Shown: one piece after another, positions 32,730-44,402 of the stretch
How positions within the stretch are numbered: the stretch's first letter is position 1
How the letters are laid out: every line of letters starts with the position of its first letter
Translations under genes and position numbers: made by a program
Assembly (NCBI GenBank): GCA_965240325.2
Contig: OZ251232.1
Coordinates: forward strand, 1,240,001 to 1,304,000
Reading direction: 5' to 3'
From: Rebecca billardiae RCC1528
Taxonomy: Eukaryota > Protista > Haptophyta
DNA length: 64,000 nt
Notes under the pieces: generated by a model
What the model was told of the DNA's origin: nothing
Database searches by the model: none
Seen by the model: the letters and a program-made list of their open reading frames with translations, nothing else

Positions 32730-34733
32730 TCAGGGCGGGGCACTCGCCATGAAAACGGTGCGCTGGTTGCCCAAGCTGTCGCTAGGGACAGACACCTGCT
32801 GCCACTGCGGCTTGCCACCATCGGCACTGGTGAGGTTGTGGAGCTGCCGCAAAGCCACCTTGACTTCGGACATCATCGTGCCGAACGGGAGCTGGGCAGC
32901 CTGCGCATCGGGCCCCGTGATGGCGTCGCGGCGGCGACTCACCTCTTTGAGCGTGGGAGACACGCCCGCAGCATTCGCGAACGCGTCGGGGACTTCGACG
33001 TAGCGGACGTGCTTGATGGCCAGGGCGTCCGTGGCGTGGTGCGTGCCCCCCGCCTCCACGCGGCCCACGTGCACTGCCCCGAGGAGGTGGTGCTTGATGT
33101 CCACGCCGACCGTCTTGCCGCGGTGGTCGCGTTCCCGCACTTGCACCCCGGAGCCGTCCTCCACGCCGCGGACGAGGTACCACCCCGGCTCGAGGTCCTG
33201 GGCAAGGTGGAACGTCGTCGCCTCGCGCCGCACGAGCGGGACGGCGATGGCCGCGGGCAGACTCACGAGCGTCCAAAAGTCGTTGTCCGCCGAGGGGTGC
33301 GCTCGCACGAGGCGCGCGAGCTCCGCGCGCTCCGGGGGCAGCGGCTGGGCGTCGTCGCCGTCGGAGGAGGAGTCGGAGCCTTGCTCGGCCGCGAGGTCGG
33401 CGCGGGCCTTCTCCGCCGCGGCGGCCTCCTCCACGGCGAGTCGCTTGGCGTACTCGCTGTCCGCGTCGAGGTCGGCCAGCGGCTGGTAGGGCACGAGCTT
33501 GCCGCCTCGCGTGGCCCACGCGCGGAATGCAAACCGGCCGCACGCCGACTGCACGAGCACGGCGTACTCGCTCCCGTCCGGCTTGCCAGGGGGGCGCGCG
33601 GGGCGCAGGCGCCGACCGCCTGGGTCGGCCTCCGTGAACTCGCAGCCCGTGGACGTGCTGTGGGCCCAGTGCTCGAGGGGCTCGCCCCGCAGGAGAAGCT
33701 CGAAGGGGCACTGCGCGTAGTCCGGCTCCCCAGCGCCGAGCACGTTCAGCACGTCGAACGCAGACGCGTTGGCGTGCACGGTCAGGATGACGAACGCGCA
33801 GGCCTCGCCGGTGGCGAGGCCCGCCACGTGCGCGCCCGTGCACGACACGCCATGCTCCGCGGCCAGTGCGCGCCCCTGCTCCGTGGCCGCGAGGAAGAAG
33901 CGCATGCACGCCTCCACCTCCTCGGCGGCGCACGCCGCCGCCGCGCCGCGCAGGGCGACGCGGAGCGGGAGGAAGCGGGTGGTCCCTTCCTGGATCTGCA
34001 GCCGGTCGAAGAGGGCCGCCGCCGCCGACCACGCGGGCACCTCGAGCACGTCCTCTGCGGGCGCGTCGCGCACGCCGCGGAAGCGCCTGTCCGTGTACAC
34101 CCCGGGCCACCCGGGCCCAGTGAGTGGGTTCCACGCGCCCGGCGGCGTGTCCCCGTGGCCCTCTGCGAACAGGGTCAGCATGGTCGAGCGAACCGTCTCG
34201 CCGACGTGCGCAGGGAGGCCGTAGGACATGGCGCTGGACCAGCCCATGGTGTGCCCAGGGTCGAAGCGGTGCGACTTGAGGTCCAGGAAGTTGGCCTCAC
34301 CGAGGCGCAGGCCCGGCATGTACACGAGGAAGCAGGCTCGAGCCGGGCGCGCGTCGCCGCCGTGCGCCGCGCTGGAGACAAGAATGTCGCCGGCGCACGT
34401 CGCCTGCGAGCGCCGCGGCGCCGTGAGACCGGCGGGGTGCTCGTAGGGCGCATCTGAAGGGTACGTCGGGGCGCGGTCGGCGAGCAGGACGAGGTTGGTG
34501 AGGCGGATGGCCTTCTTCCCCACGGCCTCGTCGTCCACCTGCACGCCCACGCGAGCGTCCACGCCGGCAGATGCCGGGGGCGCCGCCGTCGCCACAACGC
34601 CGGTGAGGCCGTTGAGGAGCTGGCCCGCGTCGCTAGTGAGGCCGTCCACACGCACTCGTGGCGCGGGCAGGCCGCGCGCCGCGCGGTACACGAGCGCGGC
34701 GCGCGAGAGCGGGCGGCTTTCGAGCACGTCCAT
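32730..34733 (-). CDS. Hypothetical protein with N-terminal algal SH3-like 'GL..LNG..G' domain
   Basis: 667-aa ORF; VRVDGLTSDAGQLLNGLTGVV..RVGVQVDD..KAIRLTNL resembles a small module common in algal proteins; the rest is unrecognised. Confidence 0.65.
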   Translation of the reverse strand: MDVLESRPLSRAALVYRAARGLPAPRVRVDGLTSDAGQLLNGLTGVVATAAPPASAGVDARVGVQVDDEAVGKKAIRLTNLVLLADRAPTYPSDAPYEHPAGLTAPRRSQATCAGDILVSSAAHGGDARPARACFLVYMPGLRLGEANFLDLKSHRFDPGHTMGWSSAMSYGLPAHVGETVRSTMLTLFAEGHGDTPPGAWNPLTGPGWPGVYTDRRFRGVRDAPAEDVLEVPAWSAAAALFDRLQIQEGTTRFLPLRVALRGAAAACAAEEVEACMRFFLAATEQGRALAAEHGVSCTGAHVAGLATGEACAFVILTVHANASAFDVLNVLGAGEPDYAQCPFELLLRGEPLEHWAHSTSTGCEFTEADPGGRRLRPARPPGKPDGSEYAVLVQSACGRFAFRAWATRGGKLVPYQPLADLDADSEYAKRLAVEEAAAAEKARADLAAEQGSDSSSDGDDAQPLPPERAELARLVRAHPSADNDFWTLVSLPAAIAVPLVRREATTFHLAQDLEPGWYLVRGVEDGSGVQVRERDHRGKTVGVDIKHHLLGAVHVGRVEAGGTHHATDALAIKHVRYVEVPDAFANAAGVSPTLKEVSRRRDAITGPDAQAAQLPFGTMMSEVKVALRQLHNLTSADGGKPQWQQVSVPSDSLGNQRTVFMASAPP

Positions 34734-34851
34734 CGCGCAGTCTCGTTAGATGGTTCGTCACGGCCAGTGCAACCGTATCAGGAAGTACGTCCGGAGCATT
34801 CATTTGACCGTCCTCCTCTTCACCCAACCGCAAGGTTCCGGCACGCGCGGC

Positions 34852-37800
34852 ATGGTCGCCAGCGCCTCGCCGCCCGAGGGCTTCGGGGCGACGCCGCCGC
34901 GTGCGGGCTCCTCGCAGGGTCCGATCGCTGTCCCGCCGCTCCCGGCGCGCGCGCAGTCGACGAGCGCCGTGTCCGCCACCGCCGCGTCCGCCGCGCGCCG
35001 CCGCCGGCCGCGGCACGACATCGAGTCGCTAGACTACGACATTGACGCGTCGTCCATCTTCGAGCTCGAGCTGCAGCAGCAGCCGAACCACGTGCGCCGG
35101 CAGATCGCAGTGGGCCGATGGGCCGTCTGCCTCGTCGTCGGCGTCGCGACAGGCATCGTCGCCTTCACCCTCGACGTGCTCGGCGGCAAGATTGTGGAGG
35201 GCAAGTGGCTGCTCGCGGCGCGCGGCGCGCGCGGCCTCGCGCGTGTGGCGGGCGGGCACTGGGCCGCGGCGTTCCTCGGCGCGACGGGCGTCTTCCTGGG
35301 CCTGAGCGTCGCCCTCGTCGCCCTCGCCGCGTACCTCGTCGTCTACGTCGAGCCCGTCGCGGGAGGCTCGGGCATCCCCGAGGTGAAGACGTACCTCTCC
35401 GGCTGCAAGGTGCCGCGGCTGCTGCGCACGACCACGCTGGTGTGCAAGACGGTGGGCGTGCTCTGCGCGGTGTGCGGCGGGCTGGTGGTGGGCAAGGAGG
35501 GCCCGATGATCCACACCGGCGCGATCATCGCCGCCGGCCTCTCGCAGGGCTCCTCGAAGACGTGCAACCTGCGCACGATGTGGCTCAAGCGCTTCCGCAA
35601 CGACCACGACAAGCGTGACTTTGTGTCGGCGGGCGCGGCGGCGGGCGTGGCCGCGGCGTTCGGCGCGCCGATCGGCGGCGTGCTCTTCGCGATGGAGGAG
35701 GCCGCCGCCTTCTGGTCGCAGCAGCTCACCTGGCGCACCTTCTTCTGCGCGATGTGCTCGACCTTCACCCTCAACCTCCTCCTCTCCGCCGAGGTGTCGG
35801 GCACGCCGTTCGGCCGCCTCTCGCACCCGGGGCTGATCACGTTCGGCGCGTCGGCGGGCGTGGGGCAGGGCGAGCTGTACGGGCTGCACGAGATCCCCGT
35901 CTTCATGCTCATCGGCGTCGCCGGCGGCCTGCTCGGCGCCGGCTTCAACGCGCTGAACGAGCGGCTGACCAAGTGGCGCGCGCGCAGGCTGCCAAAGCGG
36001 CGCGCGCGCTTCGCCGAGGCGCTGCTGCTGGCGACGCTCACCGCCGTGCTCGTGTGCTGCCTGCCGCTCGCGATGCCGTGCTCGCCGACGGCGGAGCGCG
36101 GCGCGCCGCCCGCCGCCGCGCCGCCGGGCTCCCCGCCGCACCCGCCCATCGAGCCGCTGCCCGAGCCGAACGCGCTACAGGCGGTGATGCATCCGCTCGT
36201 GTGCGGCCGCGAGGGCTTCACGTCCGACGCGGTCACGCTGCTGCTCGGCTCGCACGAGGCGGCGATCAAGACGCTGTTCCACGCGCCGGCGACGCCGAGC
36301 GCCGACGCCGACCCCGCGCGCGAGGCGCACGCCGGCCGCGGGCCGCACCCGAAGGAGAGCGACGACGGCGGCGCGGGCGCGGAGGGCATCGAGATTGCCG
36401 GAGGGCTCGGCGGCGCGGGCGTGTGCGCACTCTTCTTCTGCTTCTCGTTCGGGCTGAGCCTGGTGACGTACGGCGCGATGGTGCCGTCGGGGCTGTTCGT
36501 GCCCGCGATCATGGCGGGCGGCTCGCTCGGCCGCCTCGTCGGCGAGATCCTCCACCGCTTCCTCCCGGCGTTCAACGCGTCTGCGCCCGGCAACTACGCA
36601 CTCATCGGCGCGGCGGCCATGCTGGGAGGGATCTGCAGGATGACCATCTCGATCACCGTGATCGTCGTCGAGGCGACGACGAACGTGGCGTACCTCATCC
36701 CCATCTCGGTCACGGTGCGCGCGCGCGGAGGCCGCCGACGCCGCTCGCGCCGCGCGAGCCGCCAGCCCGCGTGCCCGCCGGGCGCGAGCGCGCCCTGGTG
36801 CCCGCGCTCCCTCCGGCTCACCCGCACGCGCGCCCGCCGCAATTAAATTAATTCATTGGGCCGCCCCATGCCCCGCCCGCCCCGCCCGCCCGCCCGGTCT
36901 CGCTCTCGCAGATCGTGTGCGCCAAGCTGGTGGGCGACCTGTTCAACGCCGGGATCTACGACCTGCACGTGCACCTCAAGCGATACCCCGTGCTCCCCGA
37001 CGCGCCGGCGCGCGACCGCGAGCCCTTGGCCGCGCGCGACATCATGTCCGCCCCCGTCAAGACCATCTCGGAGGTGGAGCAGGTGGGCACGCTGGTGAAG
37101 CTGCTGCGCAGCACCACGCACCACGGGTTCCCGGTGGTCTCGCGCGGCGGCGGGCACGCGAGCGGCGGGAGCGCCACGCTGCCCTCGACCAGCGCGGCGC
37201 AGCCCCGCGTCCTCGGCATCATCCTTCGCGACCAGCTCTCGACCTTGCTCGCAAAGCGCGTCTTTGACCACGGGCCGCCACCGTCGCTCACCGCGCCGCC
37301 GGCGCACCTCGCCGGCCTGAGCGCTCGCGCCGGGCCGTCCGCCGTGTCCGCCGTCAGGCCGCCGCTCACCGCGGACGACTTCATGCGCCCGTGGTTCTCG
37401 TCGCTGCCGCTCGACCAGCTCGGCCTCACGCGCGAGGACATGAGCGCCTACGTCGATCTGAGGTGCGCGCCGCGCCGCGCGCGCGGCGCCGCGCGCCGCG
37501 CCACGCCGCGCCGCGCGCGCTGACGCTGACGCTGATGCTGATGCGCGGCGGCGGCGGCGGCGGCGTCGCAGGCCGTACGTGAACGAGGCGGCACTCGTGA
37601 CGCTGCAGAACGCCTCGCTCCGCCGCGTCACCCGCCTCTTCCGCACGATGGGCCTGCGCCACCTGCTCGTGATCGAGTCGTGCCCCAAGGTGGTGGGGAT
37701 GATCACGCGCAAGGATGTCATCTATGGCGGCAGCGGGCCGCAGGCGCGCGCCGACCCGCTCGACGCGGCCGACACGGACCTGTCGCCGCTGCCGCTCGAC

Positions 37801-38616
37801 GGCGCGGAGCATGAGGAGGTGCAGGCGGAGCAGGCGCTCGCCGCGATGCGGCTCACGCGCGGCGAGAGCGCCTCCGACTGGCGCGGCGGCATCAACTCTG
37901 GGCGGGTGTGGTGGAAGCGGGCGTCGGCCGCGATGCGCACCGCCAGCGCGTCGCTCATCCAGCGCGCGGCGTCCTCGTCCAACCTCGCGACGATGGGCGG
38001 CGAGCGCGACTGGACGCGGTCGGAGCCGCACCACCCGCGCCGCGCGGCCGGCTCGCTCTACGTCGCCGGCGGCCGCGCGCTCTCCGTCCCGCTCCTCGCA
38101 GACGCGGCCGCTGCTGGCGATGAGATGCGGGCGGCGCGCGCGCCCGGCGCAACACCGGTCGGCGGCGGGCGCGCGGCGCGCGGCGCGGCGCCGGCGCCCG
38201 GGCTCTCGCCGCTGGTCGCGCCGGGCTCGGGGGGCGGGGGCAGCGCGCTGCGTGGTGCGCGGCCGGACATGCCGCTGGTCGACTGCGCAGCCGATCGCTG
38301 GTCGACGCCCTCCTCGGGCCCCGCGACCCCCGGCAGCGCCGGAGGCGGCGGCTCGGCACACGCGCCGACGCGCGGCGGCTGGGGCGTGCAGCCGCAGGCG
38401 GCGGCCGGGCTCACCATTGCGGCGGCCGACATCAACGCCGCGGGGAGCGACGACGAAGAGCTGACGGGCGCGACGCCAGGCGTGATCCCGAGCGCGCTGT
38501 CCACCGTGCTCGAGCAGAGCAGCAGCCAGACGCACTCCACCGTCAGCAGCAGCGACGACCTGGCCGCGATCGACGCCGCGAACGCGCGCGCCAATGAGAC
38601 TGAGGGCGGGCGGTGA
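34852..38616 (+). CDS. CLC: CLC chloride/proton antiporter (CLC-6/7, plant CLC-d-like) with CBS pair; exons 34852-36714, 36912-37462, 37572-38616
   Basis: IESLDY, GSGIPE, GKEGPMIH, FGAPIGGVLFAMEE, GLFVP, RMTIS, GIYD; CBS motifs HHGFPVV and FRTMGLRHLLV..GMITRKD. Introns of 197 and 109 bp. Confidence 0.93.
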
Positions 38617-38998
38617 GCCCGTCTCACCGCCCGCCCTCGGTCTCACGACTCAGCAGCCCCGGCGCCGTCTCAGTAGCCAATGAGACTGAGGGCTGATGAC
38701 GGCGAATCTCAGACTCTCACTCACGACTCAGTCGGCCCCGCCGGGCCCGCGGCGGGGCCGGGCCCGCCCGCCCTCGGCCCGGCTCAGACTGTCCGTGGCC
38801 AGTTGCCCAGTTGGCCACGGGCCCACGGGGCACGGCAGGCGGACTGCTTGCAACGTCCGCCCGCTGGCGGGCCGCCTGCGGTGAGCCCTCAGTTTCACGA
38901 GACTGTTCGGTTCAGGGCTCACCGCCCGCCTCAAGTCTCGGTGAGCCCAGTGGCTCAGCCTCAGTCTCACGAGAATAAGGGCGGGCGGTGAGCCCGTG
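38591..38998. mobile_element. Foldback/palindrome-rich element overlapping the CLC stop codon
   Basis: 23-bp stem (38595-38617 / 38623-38645, 1 mismatch, 5-nt loop); GGGCGGGCGGTGAGCCC recurs at ~38979 and inverted at ~38915; CCAATGAGACTGAGGGC at 38591 and 38677. Confidence 0.5.
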
Positions 38999-39192
38999 AA
39001 CCGTTGCCCGCCTGCGCTGATTCGTCTCGAAAGCGGGTATGAGAGAAAGCGCACTCAAAAGTATTTGATGGTCCTAAGTTGCTCAAAAGCAGGGTCTTCG
39101 GCTTCCCCGCCTGCTGCTGAGATTCGCCTTCGACGAAGATGATGAATATGGGGGTACGATACTGTCTGCCTGAGCTGTGTGCGTCTCTTATT

Positions 39193-41778
39193 TTAACTCA
39201 CAACGGATCCGTCCTCCGGATTTCCTCCGGACATTTCTAATGGCCGCCAGCGCGCGCCCACGTCGCGGGGTGGGTCGGCCGGCGCGTTGGGCTCGACCGG
39301 CCTGGGGTTGGCTTCGACGCCACCAGCGGGATGCCACACTGACTCGGCCATTGGGGCTCACGAGGGCGCCTCGGAGTTCAGAGGGTGTGGTGGTCAGACG
39401 GGCGTCCCGGTCGTGCGTTCGGGCGGCAAGCAGGCCGGCTGCCTAGCAGCCCAAACGCGGTGCGCCGCGCGAGCCAAGGCCCTGGCGGGCATCACATGGA
39501 CGGTACCTGGCCACATGGGTCGCCTGGAGTCCATTTCCGCGCGTGTGCCGCGCTGGACTGTGGCTACGGCTCAGCCGGAGGCACGACGGGCGCAGCCCAT
39601 GAGCACGGACTGAGCACGGCCTCGCTCGCGTGGCGCGTGCAGCGACGTACGGGGCCTATCTTGGCGCGCGAGCTCGCGAGCAGCGCGCGGAGAAGTAGTG
39701 CCGGAGCTCCGACCACGATGGCCCGCGCACCCGCGCCCTCTGCGGCCCGTGACGGTGTGCCAAGCCGGCGCCCGCGAATCGACGAGGGTGGCCGCCATCT
39801 TCGCGCGCTTTTCGCGCCCGGCGATGCCGTTTCTTTTTTTTCGGCGGGCCTAGGACATGTAACGATTTTTTGTATGCGGGCACGGGGACGACAGTTGGTA
39901 GCGCCGCGCCGCTGAGGCGACTGTGCAACCGCCGATAGCGGCCGCTGTTCTGACTCAGCCTGGCTTACGCGGCCCCGCCGCCTCCCTCGCGGTAGTGCGT
40001 CCGCACTGAACATCAAGCTCCATCCACCGGCGCCGGCAGCGCTGCTCACGGCGCACCTAAGATGGACGTGTTCGTGTGGCACGTACATGGCGCACAGGTG
40101 TGTGCATCCGGCGCACGCGCAGGTCGTCTGCCTCACCTTGCCGCCCGGATCCTCGGGGTGGTAGTCCGGCATCCGAATGCGCTTGCGCAAGACGCTGCCG
40201 CATGGGGTGCTCATCTTCTTGGCGTCTGTGTCGCACTGCATGCAGTCGCTCTTTGAGACTTTGAGGGGAGCGGGTCGCCCTTGCCGTCGAGGAGCGTCTC
40301 AGCCACCGCCAGGTAACACTGCGCGGGCTGTGCTGCGCGATCCGCGAGCATCGATGTCAGGCTCCTTCCCGCGAGGAGCGCTCAGGCGCGGCGCGCTCGG
40401 CGCGCCCTGCTGCGCATCCTCCACTGCTACATAGGCGGCTCGCACCCACACGCGGCGCCCGCCCGGGGGGCGCCCGCTGCGGGCGTCACGCGCCCTGCTG
40501 CTGCGCCGCGGCCGCAGCCGCGGCCACGGCCACAGCTCTGTGGCCGCAGCCGCCTGCCTGCATCGGCTGTGCAGGCTCAAGCTCGGGCGGCGCTTCGGCT
40601 GGCGCTGGCATGTCCGTGAGCTTAGGCATGCGCCAACTCGCTGATTGCAGCCACACATCCTCGTCCAACACGATCAGCCACGCGTCTCTCGCGCTTGCCA
40701 GGCGGCTCGGCGCGGGACCTCCCAGGATCTCGAGCGCGGATTGGCCGCGGGTGAAGCGCGACTGCGCTGCTTGCCCAGCCCGCCGGAATCGATCGTCACA
40801 ACACTCCGCCCGCCTCGTGCCGAGGACGTCGACGCACGAGTGAATGAAGACGAGATCCTTGCTCGGGCGCTGTCGACCACTGTTGTTCTTGGCATACGCC
40901 CTGATGGCGGTGCCTGCGACGCCCCACATCTTCTTGGGGTCAGTGTCGCAGACGATGCACGCAGACCATGGCACGCGTGGGCACGCGCACGCGGTCTCGA
41001 GCGCGGGGAGTGTGTTGCTGACGCAGTGAGGAGGAGCGCCGGCTTCGGAGAGGTGTGGCTCCAGGCACGCTCGATGGCATCCAGTACCTCGGGCAGCGTG
41101 TCGTCCGACGGCAGTTTGCCGCTGAGCTCAGCCGCATGGGCGTGCCAGCCCGAGGGATGATCTCCGGCAAGTGAAAGGAGCACAGCCACTCCTGCTCGCG
41201 GAGCACTTTGCCCATCGCGTCGATCACTGACACGGACAAACCGATCACACGCGCCTCGCGTAGCCGCGAAGGGTTGCTAAGGTCAACCTCGACGGACGCG
41301 AAGACAGCCCCGTCCACGCCGCCCTCCGACTTGCCCAACAGCTGCTCCCACTATCGCTGGTGTGCTGCGGCTGCGGCGGCTGCGGTTGCTGCGGTCGACC
41401 AAGGCCGGCAGAGCTGCTCATTGGCATGGCTTCATTCATATCCTCTTCCTCCTCCTCTATGGCCCGATCGACGTCGTGACCTTCAACGACAGGGTCGTCG
41501 TCTGCCTTCCGCAACGGTCAGGTCCTCGCGCGAGACATCGTAGGTGTTGCCACCGTTGAGAAAGCCGTTCTCGTCGTTGTAACCGGGCGGGCACACTTCA
41601 TAGGGGTCATGGCGACTCGGAAGCTCGTGCGCGCGGGGCGGACTTGCCGCGCCGCGGCGGAGCGCCGCGTCCACGGCCGCGCCCGTCGCCGGATACCTTT
41701 GGCGCCATTTCGGACAACGTTCACGGTAGTCCGGGCGTGCCGACTGCCGACCGGGAGTTCTAATCGATTGGAGGTTAA
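39193..41778 (-). mobile_element. Possible decayed TTAA-bounded (piggyBac-like) DNA transposon with frameshifted coding remnants
   Basis: TTAA at both ends with weakly similar inward sequences (TTAACTCACAACGGAT vs reverse-complement TTAACCTCCAATCGAT). Successive short minus-strand ORFs in different frames, including an acidic EEEEED segment and the Cys motif RQTTCACAGCTHLC. Confidence 0.3.
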
Positions 41779-41817
41779 TTAAGTCCATCATCATCACGAG
41801 ATAGTTTCTCCGGCCTA

Positions 41818-43137
41818 ATGGTGGCCCCCGCCGCGCTCATCGCGTCCCTTCTGTGCGCCCGCGCCACGGCGGAGGAGGCTGATGGCGGCGCCAGCGCGTC
41901 TGCGCACCTGGAGCTTCCCGCCCGCGACAATGCCCAGCGGTCCTCCTTCTACGACTACGTGCTCCGCTTTGAAGGCGCCACCGAGGTCATGTGGCACGCA
42001 TCCGCCATCCGACATGGCAACGTCGATGGCATCGGGTCCATTGCTCGTGGCACTGGCAACCGCATCGCCCTGAAGGCCCTCCCAGAGGCGTCGGCTGCGC
42101 TCGCCTTCGACTTTGCGCTGAAATCTGGCGGCACGCTTCGCACGGCGGCCACTGCTGATCTTCCCAAGGAGGTGGACTTTGTCATTGATACCCAGCTTGG
42201 GCTCGTGGTGAACAACCACACCTATGCCTGCGGCCGGTTCGAGATCGCGGCGCGCTACGACGTGGGTTGGCTGCTCAAGTCGCCGGGCTGCGTGAGCATG
42301 GACAGCATTGCTGCAACGATAATCAAGTGCAACTACGCCGACTACTGCGGCCTGCAGCTTGAGCGCAAGGAGGATGCTGTGGTCAGTGTGAGTGTGCTGC
42401 CCCACACACACAATGTCCTGCACTTCCACAGCCCACATGCAGTGACCTTCAAGCCCCACCGCGTCGATGGCGGCAAATTCGACGTCCTCGACGGTGGCGC
42501 CTTCGACTTTGTCAGGGCACCTACACTAACACTCAAGAAACTGAATGGCTTCTGCGCCCTGGAAGGGAGCTCCTCTTCTTTCTGGGCTTCTCCAGCAGGG
42601 CACCGCAACATGGACAAGTGGGCTGCTGTCCGAATTGACATCAACGGCGGTCGCCAATCGTATGGCAGCCAAGTGTGGTGCAGTGACATCTCGGGGGTTG
42701 GTTCCAAGGCCACAGGCAATCTCATCGTGTACCCTGCAGTGGGTGGTGGTGCCCTGCAGTGCAAGGACTTCAGCATTGCAACAGACCTGCAACTGCGAGG
42801 CACTGGCAGCGACGATCAAGGTGCTGGCGTAGTGGCTACTTGGTTCATGGGCTCGCCACACTGTGCATGGCGCAACATCCCACTGGCAGCGACCCCTGCC
42901 AGCCTCATCGGCACCCAGCCCCAGCATGGAGGCACAACACTGGCAGCGGCCCCTGCCGCCGCTGCCGCGGCCCCTGCCAGCCTCATCGGCACCCAGCCCC
43001 AGCATGGAGGCACAGAGCTTGCTTACCTGTGCGACTGTGGAGAGAAGAACCGCGTTCTCAAGCTCACATCAAAGCGTCCCAAGTCAATGGCCATCGGAGA
43101 TCATACGCTCGTGTTTGACATTGTTGTCGTTGAGTGA
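41818..43137 (+). CDS. Secreted hypothetical protein, beta-rich, with internal tandem duplication
   Basis: Signal peptide MVAPAALIASLLCARATA; intronless 439 aa; PASLIGTQPQHGGT occurs twice. Confidence 0.7.
   Translation: MVAPAALIASLLCARATAEEADGGASASAHLELPARDNAQRSSFYDYVLRFEGATEVMWHASAIRHGNVDGIGSIARGTGNRIALKALPEASAALAFDFALKSGGTLRTAATADLPKEVDFVIDTQLGLVVNNHTYACGRFEIAARYDVGWLLKSPGCVSMDSIAATIIKCNYADYCGLQLERKEDAVVSVSVLPHTHNVLHFHSPHAVTFKPHRVDGGKFDVLDGGAFDFVRAPTLTLKKLNGFCALEGSSSSFWASPAGHRNMDKWAAVRIDINGGRQSYGSQVWCSDISGVGSKATGNLIVYPAVGGGALQCKDFSIATDLQLRGTGSDDQGAGVVATWFMGSPHCAWRNIPLAATPASLIGTQPQHGGTTLAAAPAAAAAAPASLIGTQPQHGGTELAYLCDCGEKNRVLKLTSKRPKSMAIGDHTLVFDIVVVE
42893..43014 (+). repeat. Perfect 44-bp direct repeat (42893-42936, 42971-43014), 78-bp period, in frame
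   Basis: CCCCTGCCAGCCTCATCGGCACCCAGCCCCAGCATGGAGGCACA twice. Confidence 0.9.
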
Positions 43138-43994
43138 AATATAATGCTATATATCCGGCAGAGTCGACGACCGGTACGGGCCGCTGGCCGGTCGTACGGT
43201 TCCCGGAGTCGTCTACCGTAGTAATTACTCGGACAGTGCGCCTGAATCGTATCGATCGGCAGTAGCCACACGGTCGTCGCGGCACTATCCTGACATTCCT
43301 GACGGGCCACTCACTATCAGTATCAGTCAGTCAGATGAGAGCCGGAGTGAGAGAGAGTATATAGAGAGAGAGACGCCAGACTCGGGCGCCACCGTAATTC
43401 ACTAAGCCGTAGAGTCTACCGTAGACGGAGAGAGAGAGAGTGAGAGAGTCGAGAGAGCCGCGGGCGCGACGGGCGAGAGCCGGAGAGCCGACTGTGAGAG
43501 AGTGAGCCGAGTGAGAGCCACGGAGACCGCGGTCAGTCTGAGTCAGGCGCCCCCCCCGCCGCTGAGTTACAGTACTCAGGGCTCGGCGCAGGACAGAGAG
43601 TGAGAGGGCGGGCGGACTCCGGCCTCCGGGCGGGCCCGCGGAGGAGTCACGGGCTCAGAGTGACTCTCACTCATGTGAGTAACGCGGCCACGGCAGAGCC
43701 AGCCCGTCAAGACTCCTCTGAGTGTGTACGTTGTATGACGAAACTGATAGTGATATATGACCGAACTGTCGTCAGAAAGTCTCTGGTCATCTGCGTGGGC
43801 TCTCAGCCTCCGCCCGGTGGCGATTACTCTGTCTAGTGCGCCGTAGCTCGGGATCCGCCGACCGTCACCTGGCGTTCGTGCCGCAGCCCATGGATACGGG
43901 CCCGCGAAGCGACCGATCGCAACGTCACAAGGCGGCTGGATGCGGATCGAAAGCGTGCGGCAGGCTGGACACGGAGGCCGCGTCGACTCTGCGC

Positions 43995-44402
43995 CTACTT
44001 CTTCTTCTTCGCGTCTGGTGCCGGTGGTGGCGGCGGCAGGCTCTCGCCCTCAGGTGGCTCGTACAGCGTCTCGATCCCCGTGATGGCGCCCTCCGCGGGC
44101 CCCTCCGAGGCGTAGATGGGCTTGACGAGGACGTAGTCTTTCGTCGGTCTCAACACAGCGCTCGCGTCCGCGCGTGGCTCCAGCTTCGGCAGCCCAGTCA
44201 GCACGCCCGTCTCCCCGTCCTGCAGATCGCAGATTGCACCCTTTTCGACGCCGCAGCTCGACTTGATGGTGTCGAGCAGCGTGGCCGCCCAGCAGTCGGC
44301 GTTGAAGAGCGTGCGCTGTGCGGCGCCATGCTTCACGTAGAACCACGTGATGCCCTGCAGATCCACGGAGTTGTCAGGCTGCTTGTCCTTCTTGGGGGGC
44401 AT
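43995..44402 (-). CDS. C22orf15-like small ubiquitin-fold-type protein
   Basis: MPPKKDK..WFYVKHGAAQRTLFNADCWAATLLDTIKSSC..CDLQD..ASAVLRPTKDYVLV matches my recollection of the F.VK.G...LFN..C...LL..IK..C..DL.D pattern of this family. Confidence 0.65.
   Translation of the reverse strand: MPPKKDKQPDNSVDLQGITWFYVKHGAAQRTLFNADCWAATLLDTIKSSCGVEKGAICDLQDGETGVLTGLPKLEPRADASAVLRPTKDYVLVKPIYASEGPAEGAITGIETLYEPPEGESLPPPPPAPDAKKKK

Noticed and set aside
43320-43700. GA/GAGT/CAGT stutter-like sequence (also ~4200-4500, 10950-11220, 55100-55200)
   Set aside because: No defined unit or termini; may be low-complexity DNA or long-read consensus noise, which needs raw reads to judge.
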